Source: Callorhinchus milii
Taxonomy: Eukaryota
Length of the DNA stretch: 64,000 nucleotides
Reading direction: 5' to 3'
NCBI RefSeq assembly: GCF_018977255.1
Contig: NW_024704743.1
Span: forward strand, 100,504,001 to 100,568,000
Positions 51,929 to 63,538 of the stretch are shown in pieces. Position numbers and translations under genes: made by a program. The notes under the pieces were generated by a model. It searched no databases. It was not told the origin of the DNA and saw only the letters and a program-made list of their open reading frames with translations. Position 1 is the stretch's first letter, and each line of letters begins with the position of its first letter.

Positions 51929-52355
51929 TGTCAGCCTGGCTCAGTTGATAGCGCTCTTCTCTGTAAATCAGAAGGTTGTGGGTTCAAACCCCACGTCAGG
52001 ATTTTCAAATCATTTAGTCTAAGATGATACTTCAATTTAGAGCTAGGGAAGCTTCTGCATTGTTGGTGATGCCATCCTTGAGGCATCCTGTTTGCCTGTT
52101 CAAGTGAATGTTAAAGATCCCATTGCATGGTTTAAAAGAGAAGCGAGTTCTTCCCAGGCCTGGTCAACAATCCCCCAGTCTAAAATAACCTCTTAGCTGT
52201 TTGAGATGTTAATGTTTATAGACCAATAAATGTTGAATGCAAATTGCTGCCACATTTGCCTACAAAATACAGTTGTTTCGCTTCAATTCTGTGAAGTCTT
52301 TTGAAACACCTTCCCAATATGAAAGGTGTTTTATCAAATGTAAGGATAATTATTT
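51929..52355 (+). mobile_element. Deu-domain SINE, near full length
   Basis: Head 'tgtcagcctggctcagttgatagcgctct...cagaaggttgtgggttcaaacccc', Deu domain and tail. Confidence 0.82.
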
Positions 52356-52787
52356 TTTTAATTCTCACTATTTTCCCAGTTTGCTCCAAATGCCATATTG
52401 GGCTGACATTTTGCCTAATCTCTCCAGTTCCATATTTCTTTTATCCCAAGAAGTTATACATATCTAATATTCAGTGACGTTTGTTCAGCCGACAGTTTTA
52501 TTACTGCTGATTAAGACTGTAGTGCATATTCAGAAACTCATGCAATTCATTCATTAAAGCGAACCCTGCAGGCAAAGACATTTCAAGCAATCATTTACAT
52601 TATTATATAATGTAAGGTGGAAATATGAAGTCACTGGAGCAGCAATAATATAATTCTATTCTATTTAAAACCCTGACATGGTATATCTTAAATTCAACAT
52701 TTATTGCGTCTATAAACATTAACATCACATACAAGCATTTAATTGGGGCAGTACTGATGAGGAATATATAGCTCACCAAAATGTTAC

Positions 52788-53058
52788 TAATAATAATCCT
52801 TGCAGCTGATATACATCATTGAGACATCTCAAAAGCGCTTCACAGAATATATTGTAAAGTGAATTCACTGTATACTTTATCGGTGAAACATGGTAGCCAA
52901 TTACCCACAGCAATGTCCCACAAACAGTCGTGAATTGAATGCCAAAATGTTTTTGTTTTGAAGGCATTATTACCCCTGAAACCCGATCCCACCAATCGAC
53001 TAACAAATGGGTTCCTACGTACCGCTAGGTAAACAGAGGCATGTGGAGTAAGGAAACA
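52788..53058 (-). mobile_element. Long-form SINE lacking the head
   Basis: Reverse complement of CORE-like box, spacer and tail. Confidence 0.85.
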
Positions 53059-53869
53059 TGTCTATGATTTTGCCAATAATAAACTATATTAATGGTTTCT
53101 ATCCAATGTTTCAGTACAAGGCACTGGCTAGCATCACAACACACATTCAGCTTGGAACCTCTGCACCCCGTCAACCCATTCAGTGCCTTGGGACGTTCTC
53201 TTGACGTGAAAGGCGCTATACAAATGTAATTTTGTTGTTGTAATAGTAGTAGAAGTGTGGCCTGTAAGGTTGAGGATATGTCTACATCTTCCAAATCTCT
53301 TTAATGAACCAGACAGATTGGTTAATCATCACCATCACCTTGGAATTATTGTGTGAACAGGGTGACTTTGCATGGTGTGTCTCTTCAGAGCCAGTTGAAC
53401 CACAGGGATGATTCACTTGCATATTGCTTAACATGTATTGTTATAATGATCCCTGCATTTGATATAGGGCCTTATCACTTTTTGAGACGTCTCAAAGCAT
53501 TTCACAGAAAATGTTGACTAATAATAATAATCCTTGCATTTTACATAGCGCTTTTTATGTCTTCTAGATGTCTCAAAACACTTCACAGAATATACTGTAA
53601 AGTGAATTGACTGTATATTTTATGGGTGAAACGTGAATAAGGTGTTATTTAAATAAGACTAAATGTTGGATTTACAACTTGAAAGGGTGAAGGGAGGAGA
53701 AAACAAACACTGCTCCACTCATTGAAATACTGAAGAGTTTATAACACATCTTACAGTCAACAGAGCTAAATACCAAATAATCGTATTGGGTGTTTATCTA
53801 CAAAATGATAATATGTATGGAAAATGCATTTTGAGGGGATTAGATTAATTACCGATTCTTATAAATAAG

Positions 53870-55177
53870 AATAATCCTAACATTTGATAGCATCTTTCAA
53901 GTCAGGGGCACATCTCAATGCATTTCACAGGATTTACTGTGAAGTGTAGTGAATTAAAATATATGTGTATTTTGTCGGCAATCACAGAAGTCAATTTTTA
54001 CAGAGCAATATACCACCAACAGCCATGAAGTGAATTTAGGAACAATAACGGATTGTCAGCCAGGACACCGAGTGAAACTCCCATCTGATTTCAAATAGTG
54101 CCATGCGATCCTTAACATTTGTTAAATGCTCTGAGACACTACCTCGGGTGAAGCACTACATAAAAGCAAGTTGTTGTTTAACATTCACCTGAGCGGATAG
54201 GTCTTCAGTTTATCGTCTAAGCCTCCAGCCTGCAGCACACCCTCAACACTCCACTGAGTGTCAGCCTAGACCAGTGGTGGCCAACCTTTTGTTAAGGTGT
54301 GCCATAGTGTGAGCACAAGACATGTCTCTGCACCACTTAAAAAATATATTATTGGAAAAGAAAAATGCATTTATTAAAAAATTCACAAAAAAAATCAAAC
54401 AAGTTGCTTAATGAGGCTTCGGAATTTTTTTTGTTGATATCTGCAATATTTGGATTCAGTTTTGAGCACGCCACTAGAAGAAGATCATTAAGGTTAGTTT
54501 GGATCATCTGTTAATTTGGAACCTTTTTTTTATGAAGTTCATGGTGGAAAAGGACTGCTCACAGGTGTAGGTTGATTTGAATCTGATCAGACTGGCATTG
54601 ACCCTGTTGGCGTTCGGAGTGAGAGTGATTTGCGAGAGTCCTCTACAACGTGGAGTCTCTCTCACTCACTTTCTACCTCTCCCACACACTCTCACACACA
54701 TTCTCTCTCACTATCTCACACAACCAGTCTCTCTTTCCCTCTCATCCTCTCAGTGTTTCTCTCACTCTCTCCCTCTCATACTCACTATATTTCTCTCTTT
54801 CACATAGTCTCTCTTTCACTCTCACTCACTCTTTCTCTCTCACATACACACATTCCCTCTCACACACATGCTGCGCTGCCGCTCTGGGTGTGTTGATCGG
54901 AGCTCGCAGCTCTAGGATCCCCACAATGTGACCGGGGTAAGGGGGTGCAGCAACACCACTCCAGCGTAGGATCCAGTAATTGTAACTGTTGGGAGTTATT
55001 TTGTAAAATGTGTTGCGGGCCACTAGCAAGGGTGTGGTGTGCCACCTTGTGGCCTGGGTGCTGCTGGTTGACCACCACTGGCCTAGGTCATGAATTTGAA
55101 ATTCCATTATTGGGCTTGAACCCACAGCTTTCTGACTCAGAGGCAAGAGTACTACCAATTGAGCAAGGCTGACACCC
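53870..55177 (-). mobile_element. Deu-domain SINE carrying two nested insertions
   Basis: Tail at 53870, Deu domain to 54270, head resumes at 55081-55177. L2 tail insert at 54120-54177 (TSD TTAACATT) and a hAT element. Confidence 0.8.
54272..55080. mobile_element. Non-autonomous hAT (Charlie-like) DNA transposon, 809 bp
   Basis: 15-bp TIRs CAGTGGTGGCCAACC / GGTTGACCACCACTG (14/15 match); 8-bp TSD GCCTAGAC / GCCTAGGT; internal CT/CA low-complexity tract at 54655-54870. Confidence 0.85.
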
Positions 55178-55839
55178 AATCCTGTTTAAAGAATTTTAAA
55201 CTGGCATTTTGTGGCTGTACATCAATGGTTTTTACCTACTTGCTGACTGAATGCAAATGAATTAAATAGCCGTGGCAAATTTTGTTGGGGAGGTGTGCCC
55301 AAATCTATTCATTTCATCTAGACAAAAGCAGCTAGTACCAATTCAGATTCAGCAGATTTAGTGTCTTGGCCTTCCTTGTAAATCTGCAATTAATTTGTAT
55401 TTCACACTATAATAAACATACTTATTTCTAGGATTTCAGTGAGAATATTTCATAGCCCCTGTGAGTTTTAGCCATTGTTTTGCTATGTGATGGAAACGAT
55501 ACAATATCACATCTTAATCATTAGACTATTGTGAAAATTAATTTGAAGGGAAAGACCAGGGCATTGACATTCCAGTCTCAAACTGCACGATAGTAGATTA
55601 AACAAGTATTTGAAGAACAAATGTTCGAATCCCTCAGCATCCAACAAGTAATGTTCAAACTGAATCACCTGGTCCGAGACAAAAGAAGATTTAGGATGAA
55701 GGAATCAATGGCCAGATTGGTAATTTATTTGACAAGAGACAGCAGGAACAGTGATAAACAAGGCAAAAACCTTGCTTGAAAACAGAGACTGACAGCAATC
55801 ATCAGGACTGTGAACAACCTTTGTTGTTTGTACTCCAGG

Positions 55840-56484
55840 CATCACATCTAGGACAGACTATGCCAATCTTTGCTCACCAGTGTTCCCAGCTCTTCTCTCC
55901 ACAAGTTACAGACCATCCAGAGCTCGGCAGCTCATGTCCTCTCCTACACTAGGAACCACAAGCCTACCAACCCATCCTTACCCAACTCCACTGGCTTCCC
56001 ACCCTCCAGAGGATCGAGATCAAGATGCTCGCCCTCATTTTTAAATCCCTCCACACTCTTGCCCCTCCCTACCTCTACGACCTTCTAAAACCCTATTAAT
56101 CTGCCTGGCCCTCCACTCAGCTTGTATCACATTCCCCATCCTACCCGCCCCACCTTCGATGGTCAAAGTTTCAGCCTTTCTTCCCTATTCTCTGGAACTC
56201 ATTCCTATAGCCCTTCATCTCATCCTTCCCTCACCTGCTTTGAGGTCTATTTCAAGACCTTCCTCTTTGACCACCTTTGGTCATCTTTCCTCCACCATTC
56301 CCATCCCTTGTGACCACACACTCCTGAATCCAATCCTCAACTTGGGTGCAAACCCTTAACTGTTCAGTAGCTTGGGATGCCCCTATGTCAAATATCAATT
56401 ATATTTATATAGTACCTTTCACATCAAGGATTTGCACCCTTGACGTGAAAGGTGCTATATAAATGCAATTTATTGTTGTTGTTG
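55840..56484 (+). mobile_element. Old L2 3' fragment with an inverted duplicate of its tail
   Basis: SSLHKLQTIQSSAAHVLS; FKTFLFD; (TTG)n. Confidence 0.8.
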
Positions 56485-57363
56485 TACTGTTCATAATAGC
56501 TATGTGGAAGGGTGACAAGTGTTATGTAGATCAGGAATTCTGAAATTAATCGTGATTAAGGATGAATGGGTTTAGGAGCAGCAGATGTATTTTTACCCAT
56601 AAACCACTGATTGTTTCTCTCATGTAATCTTCCTGTATCCATGACTATCCATGAGCTCATGTTTCTGCATCCTCCTGGTGTTACAAGCTTTTCATTTTCC
56701 CATCTGTCAATCTTCAACCATTCAATTTTTATTTGCTTGTTATACCAGCCAGCGAAGCTTCTGCCATCACTCTTCTGGCTTTTGACTGACTAATAAAAAT
56801 GCCTTATTTGCCAATCAAAGCACATTGTTTGATGGCATCTGCTTTAGGGAAAGAAAACAGGTAAGCACATTGTCAGTGGATTTGAAAAACAAAGAAAACA
56901 GATTGGGATTGGGAAACGACTCGAATGGGAAAACTGCATCATAAATGATGTGAATGCTGGAAAATGTGGGTCACAGGACATTAAGCGCATCACCTGCAGA
57001 GAACCTCACATACATCGACTTTGGTGAGTATAATTAGCTGCTATGTTTACCTACACAATCACTGCATTTTACGGGAAATCTGTTAAAATGTTTTGAGACA
57101 ACTTCCCATTGTGAAAGCGACTATATCAAATGTAAGGTTTATTATTATTATTCTTGCAACACCAAATACCATTCGTGCTTTTACTGAAAGCACTTTAAGC
57201 TTTGGACTATTTTGAAAAAGGTCTCAGCCTGGCTCAGTTGGTCACATCTGTGTTTCTGAAAGTCATCGTTCAAACCTCACGCCGATACTTTAAGCTTTAA
57301 GGAAATACGCAGAACAAAATGCAATGGGATGAAAACACTTGGTGGGTAGGACTGAAATCAAGT

Positions 57364-57676
57364 TATAATAATCCTTGCATTTTGATATAGCGCTTTTCAC
57401 GTCGGGAGGACGTCCCAAAGCGCTTCACAGAGTAGACTGTAAATTGAATTGACTGTATATTTGTGGGCGAACGCGGCATCCAATTGCGCACAGCAATGTC
57501 CCACAAACAGTCGTAGATTGAAAATGACCAATTTATTATTGTTTTTGGTTTTGGAGGGATTATTATTAGGCGTGTGGAGTAAGGAAACTTGCCCAAGGTT
57601 TCGCCCTGCCTGGAATTGAACTCAGGTCTCTCGCTTGCAAAGCGAGTGGTCTAACCACTGAGCTACAGGACTCCAC
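57364..57676 (-). mobile_element. tRNA-Ala-headed SINE, short form (young)
   Basis: Close reverse complement of 5219-5558; perfect anticodon arm CTCGC-TTTGCAA-GCGAG. Confidence 0.93.
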
Positions 57677-57834
57677 AAATTTTAATAATTTTAATAAAGT
57701 TGTAATTTTAATACCAATCTACAATTAGCAGATTTTCAATTTCATATCTAACCACCTCTGGAGAGAAGTAAGAAACAATTCAAGTGATTTATGCAGAACA
57801 TGAAATCATATAAGCACATCAATAGGTAGAGATG

Positions 57835-58160
57835 ATCTAGTCTGACACTTCAAAGCAGTGCTGGCGAAATGCTGCATTGTTGGTTGTGCCATCTTTGAAA
57901 TGAGACGTTACCTCAGGTCCCATCTGCCTGATCAGATGAATGTTAAAGATGCCGTGGCACTATGCAAAAAGAGAGGGGAGTTTCTCCTGGTGCCCTGGAC
58001 AGACAATAATCCCCAGATTATGGGATGGTACTGTGTGCAAAATACCTGCCTCTTTTGCCAACAATTACACAAACACTACACTTTACAGTAAATCTTGTGA
58101 AGCTCTTTGAGTCATTTCAGTGACGTGAAAAGGCGCAACATCCAATGCAAGAATAATTGT
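57835..58160 (+). mobile_element. Deu-domain SINE
   Basis: 'atgagacgtta...cccatctgcctgatcagatgaatgttaaagatgccgtggcactat...ggagtttctcctggtgccctgg'. Confidence 0.78.
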
Positions 58161-58454
58161 TAACTTTTTTCGTTCTTTCTTCCAGCATTACCTGATATCA
58201 GAGGAGCTATATCAAATGCAAGGAATATCATTACTATTACCGTATTTGAAGCTGAAAGAAACATTTTATTAAAGACTTTTGAAAAAAGTAAGAGGTGGTC
58301 ACTGTGGGGCAAAATTGCGAAGGAGATTAAGAAACTGTCTGAAAGAACACATCAAAGGGTAAGGGAGGAGAACAAGGTCTTCTGATGAGAATTCACGACA
58401 GCCTTGTGGAAAGGGAAGTAGAGGTTATCTTCAGAAGGAATCTGTGACAGAATG

Positions 58455-58712
58455 GTCAGGGAACGGATCTGGGGTAGAAAGGAAAGCTGGGGAGCGAACA
58501 TGATGCCTAAGTTAAGCATGGGTTCGGTGAGTCTGAGGGAGAGCCCAGGGAGGTTAAGGAGTTGACCGGACATCAGCGGATGGGAGTCACAGCTGGAGAA
58601 GTAGATTTGCGTGTCATCCACACACATGTGGAAGTTGACCCCATATCTGCGGATGATATCACCAAGAGGGAGCATGTAGATAAGGAAAAGAAGGGGACCA
58701 AGGATGGAGCCA
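58455..58712 (-). mobile_element. L2 RT internal fragment
   Basis: [37 protein letters not shown]. Confidence 0.85.
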
Positions 58713-59976
58713 CCCAGATAAAATTGTTCATTCACTTCATGGCTCTTCGCTTACAGAATATAGTCACTACACTTCACAGTAAATCTTGTGAAACACTTTG
58801 AGACGTCTGCCCAATGTGAAAGATGCAATGCAGGATCCTTCATAAATACAAGAATTCTTATTATTATTGGTACATCTTGGTGCTCATTATGCATAATAGC
58901 TGTTGAATTACAACTGGCAGCTAGAGCAACATCACTGACCATATCTAAATATGACCTACAATATTTGGACTCGAAGTGATGGAGCATTATTTATGATTAA
59001 ATGAGAGCAAAGATGTTTACATTTATCTAGATGGTTTTCATCTTGCAAATGCCTGATTAATTAACAAATCCAAGCAGCTCCTGGAATTGCCCCATCTTTT
59101 GCCTTTTTTCTCTCCTGGCTTCTGTCACCCTAAAACAGTAGAGTTGAAAGGTGATTTTTTGCAATAGCGACTTTTCCCTTTTGCAATTGAAATTGAGGAT
59201 TGGCTGTCAACTTCACTAAAAAATGGGGAGGGAAAATAATTGTAGTTCTTGACACGGTGGAAGAATGCTTGAAGTCACAGCAGTGTCCCACAAACAGTCA
59301 TGGATTGAGTGACCAAATTATTACTGTTTATTTTTGAAGGATTATTATCCCCGGAAAAGCACTCCGCCTATCGACTAACAACTGGGTTCCTACTTACTGC
59401 TAGGTAAACAGAGGCGTGTGGAGTAAGGAAACCAATGCTTAAAAAANGAAAAACATCCTTGGGACCATAAAATAACATCGCTGAGTGATTTCTCTTTGGG
59501 TTTCAAATACATCCTCTACAGTTCAATAGTGCGGAAAACCTCAAGTTGTTAGTATTTTCAATATGCTGTAAGGTTACTTTCACGACCAGAAAGTCAATAT
59601 TTGAGCACTAAAATCTACAATAGAAGTTAAACGTTTGATGTGACTGGCTTCAAAGCACAGTACTTGCAAACTACATAAAGGTTTAAAATTACTTGTTGTC
59701 ATCAATTTGGTGGATGATGTACCATTCAACGAATCTTAGGGAAATATTATTCCTGACTGTTAGAAGACCTGGCAGAGAAGTTTAATCAATTCTGCTTTCA
59801 AAGAGTCTCTATTTCTCATTACTTTCATCACCTCTATCTCTTATGTAACTGTCCTTTTCAAATGTTCATCCAAAACGAAACTTAGAAACTCGTATATATA
59901 GGACTTGCACTGTGCAGAAGCAGGTGACATTAAATTCGATCAATCCAAATTCTGTATATGGGCTCATCTTCGTTGT

Positions 59977-60341
59977 AATAATAATAATTATAATCTTTGC
60001 ATTTGATATAGGGCCTTATCACATCTTCGAGACGTCTCAAAGTGCTTCACAGAATATACTGTAATGTGAATTGACTGTATATTTTGTGGGCGAAACCTGG
60101 CAGCCAATTGTGCACAGCAATGCTCCATAAACAGTTGTGGATTGAGTGACCAAATTGTTTTTTAAAGGGACTATTACCCACAGAAAAACGATCCGCCAGT
60201 TGACTAACAACTGAGTTCCTACTCACTGCTAGGTAAACAGAGTAAGTAAACCTACCCCATGTTTCGCCTTGCCTGGGAATCAAACCCAGGTCCTCTTGTT
60301 TGCGAGACAAGTGCTCTGACCACTAAGCTACAGGACTCCAC
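59977..60341 (-). mobile_element. tRNA-Ala-headed SINE, long form
   Basis: Reverse complement of head to tail. Confidence 0.9.
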
Positions 60342-60422
60342 TTAATACTTTGTGGAGAAATGGTATGCTGGATAACTTATGAGAAGGTGGACACACATGT
60401 TCTCATAACAGATTCCATCAAC

Positions 60423-60752
60423 AGTCCTGTAGCTCAGTGGAGTCCTGTAGCTCAGTGGTTAGAGCACTCGCCTTGCAAGTGAGACACCTGGGTTCAATTC
60501 CAGGCAGGGCGAAACCTTGGGCAAGTCTCCTTACTCCACATGCCTAATAATAATCCCTCCAAAACAAATAAAATAATAAATTGTTCATTTTCAATCTATG
60601 ACAGTGGAACACTGCTGTGCGCAATTGGCTGCCGCGTTTTGCCCACAAGATATTTACGGTCAAATCACTTTACAGTCTATTCTGTGAAACGCTTTGAGAT
60701 GTCGAGAAGACATGAAAAGCGCTATATCAAATGCAAGGATTATTATTATTAT
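60423..60752 (+). mobile_element. tRNA-Ala-headed SINE, short form, with an 18-bp 5' tandem duplication
   Basis: AGTCCTGTAGCTCAGTGG x2, then the standard body and (TTA)n. Confidence 0.92.
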
Positions 60753-61069
60753 ATAACAACATCGCCACCAGATCCCATTGGAGACATCTCCATCAGACTC
60801 TACCACCAAGGGACATCTCTGTTGAACTCACTGCCAAAAGGTGTGGTAGAAATCATCAACATATTTGAGGAAATTTGATGCATACTTGAGGGAGAAGGGA
60901 ATCAATGGGTTAAGGGGAGGTCAGAAGGAGAGGTGGAGGCTCGTATGCCATATAAACACATGCATGGACAAATTGGATCAAATGGCCTGTTTCCGTGCTG
61001 TACAAGTCTATGTAAATTCTATTTATTTCAGCAGGATACCAAATAGCAAGTAGACATAAGCAAGAACAA

Positions 61070-61330
61070 GCTGCATTGTCAGAGGTGCTGTTCTTTGTAT
61101 GAGACATGAAACCACAGTCCTGTCTGCCTGATCAGGTGGATGTGAAAGATCCCATTATAATATTCAAAAAGAGAAAGGATTTTTTTCCGGTGTCCTGGCC
61201 AACAATCTCCCAGATAAAATTTGTCATTCACTTCATGGCTATTTTTTGGGACATTGCTGTATGTAAATTGGCTACACAGCCACTGCACTTTATGGGAAAT
61301 CATGAAGTATTTGAGACATCCTCCCGTTAC
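61070..61330 (+). mobile_element. Deu-domain SINE fragment
   Basis: 'gtctgcctgatcaggtggatgtgaaagatccc...ccggtgtcctggccaacaatc'. Confidence 0.78.
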
Positions 61331-61539
61331 CAACCTTTCCCCCACCCCCACTTCTCACCAAATAAAATGGTTTTCCAGCTCTCCATTTTCCTGCTGTTAT
61401 TTCTGCTTTGATACCTCAATGATGAAAACTACCACCATAATCTTCCCCTTCTCCCACTAACATTTAAATCATCCTCACGATAATTATTTCAAAGAGCCTT
61501 AATCAACAACAACACTTTTGTAATGCGCTTTCATCGCAT

Positions 61540-61906
61540 TCATCTTAAAGGGCTGGATAAAGTAGACACTGAGGGTCTGTTTTACCTGGTAGGAGAATCT
61601 ATAACCAGGGGTCACAGTCTTAAAATTAAGGGTCAGCCTTTTAGAACAGAGTTGAGAAAACATTTCTTCACTCAGAGGGTAATGAATTTATGGAATTCAC
61701 TACCCCAGAAGGCTGTAGATGCTCAGTCCTTGAACATCTTCAAGGCTGAGACTGATAGATTTTTTAAAAATAGAGGGATTAGGGTCTATGGGGATAGGAC
61801 AGGTAATTAGAGTTAGGTCTGAAGATCAGCCATGATCTTATCGAATGGCGGGGCAGGCTCGAGGGGCCGAATGGCCTACTCCTGCTCTTAATTCTTATGT
61901 TCTTAT
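61540..61906 (+). mobile_element. CR1-clade LINE 3' fragment (TTCTTATG tail)
   Basis: LKGLDKVD...TRGHSLKIKG..FRTELRKHFFTQRVMNLWNSLP; 'gccgaatggcctactcctgctc...ttcttatgttcttatg'. Confidence 0.92.
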
Positions 61907-62574
61907 GTGCCAAGGCACTGAACAGGACCCGAGTGTGAGGGGGTAGGGTTGGGACGCCTGTTGCCTGTCCAGCCACCCTACAGTTAGGGGTAACAAGGTC
62001 AACAGGTAGTTAGTGGGAAGAAACCTTGTGAAACTCAATGAAGGGCAATAAATAGCATCTGGAACTTTGCTCCTCGCATTCACTGGCCTAATTTACATTC
62101 AGCTTCAATTCATTTCCAACAAAACTTCATAGAGAGCTTATGTGAACATCTCATTTTTTAGCAAAGGTAGTCAGGATAAATTCCCTTGCCATATAACCAT
62201 TGTAGGAGTAAGATAAACACCAGAGAGACTCAGTGTAAGGCATTAGCATGTTTTGTCTTTCAACGCTATTTTTAAAGGAAACACTGTTTGCTTTCGAGCT
62301 TTATTTCAGTGCATTTATCACTTTGAAGATTTTATGAAAATAACTGAATAATAACATAGGCAGAGAGTTTATCCTTTGAATGCCCTTAGAGGCACAAGTA
62401 ATGCTGGTTACTCATTAAAAAATATAATCTCTCTGTGGCATTCTTCCCTATCTGTGCCAATAATATACAATGTTCCATTACTTTTACTTTGAAAAATAAA
62501 TCTAAATGAAACTAGAAAAATCCTGAGCATGTGCCGTGATCCAATTAATACCTTGATGTTATTTAGAAATGAAT

Positions 62575-62910
62575 CCCTTGACTCTCTGGCACCTCCCTAC
62601 CTCTCTGACCCCCTCACTCCCCAATCTACCACACGACGCCTCCACTTGACTGACACAGTCCCCCGCATTCTCTGCTCCACCATCGGAGGTCGCGCTTTCA
62701 GCCACTACACCCCAAAGCTGTGGAACACTCTCCCTCAATTCCACCGCCTTGCCCCCCTTCCCTTTTTCAAGTCCCACCTGAAAACCTTCCTCTTCGACTG
62801 TGCTTATGGCCACCTCCCCTCCCCCTGGTTTGGAGTCAGGCTCCGCCACTGTTAAGAGCTCTGAGATGCTGCCCTGCATGGAAGGTGCTACATAAGTATA
62901 AGTTATTGTT
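62575..62910 (+). mobile_element. L2 3' fragment (second subfamily)
   Basis: LAPPYLSD...[19 protein letters not shown]...FKSHLKTFLF. Confidence 0.85.
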
Positions 62911-63438
62911 GAATCTTGTTGAGCTATTCTGAACAGGCAGTCTCTTCACAGAGTATGCAATGGTGTTCACTGAGAAATGGAACAATTGAGCACCAACCAG
63001 TTAGCAGCAGTAATATGCAATAAATCCCTCCAGGGGAGATCACATCCTATTTCTTTGTAAACAGTATAATAGATTGGTTTATATTAGCTAATATTGTTCT
63101 ATACAGAACATCTAATACTTTTCCAATTTATTTGATATATTTATTTTTATTACAGCAGCAGATTTAGGTTTAAAATAGCTACACAAATTTCCTTTCCTAT
63201 TAGTCAGGCAGAATCAAGCATGTAAAAACTATTATTCCATGTTCATTCATACAAGACAGGCATTAATACAATAATCGGGATCTCAATTGCAATAAATGTT
63301 ACAGATAGATGAGGATTCTCGAATCATTCACAAATTTACCAACACTGACAGCGTGAGCTTAATATGGCACACACAAGATTAAGTGAGTGGGATTCACTCA
63401 TCTGACAAGGCATTGTTGGTAAATTTACTGCGTGGTAT

Positions 63439-63538
63439 AAACACAGAAGTCACTGGGAACATGCAGCAGGTCAGGCAGCATCCATGGAGAGAGGAAAATT
63501 AGTTAACGTTTCAGGTCAATGACCTTTCATCAGAACTG
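63439..63538 (-). mobile_element. Penelope-like element terminal-repeat remnant
   Basis: The hammerhead core is followed by 'ctctctccatggatgctgcctgacctgctg', which resembles recalled chondrichthyan Penelope-type repeats (not searched). Confidence 0.65.
63501..63537 (-). ncRNA. Minimal type I hammerhead ribozyme motif
   Basis: AGUU-CUGAUGA-A-AGGUC(AUU)GACCU-GAAA-CGUU-AACU: full catalytic core, 5-bp stem II, 4-bp stem I, palindromic stem III. Confidence 0.72.

Noticed and set aside
54577..54931. Overlapping Leu/Ser/His-rich ORFs
   Set aside because: CT/CA low-complexity tract inside the hAT element.
59447..59447. Ambiguous base N near a truncated SINE
   Set aside because: Assembly uncertainty rather than biology; the nearby truncation should be treated cautiously.
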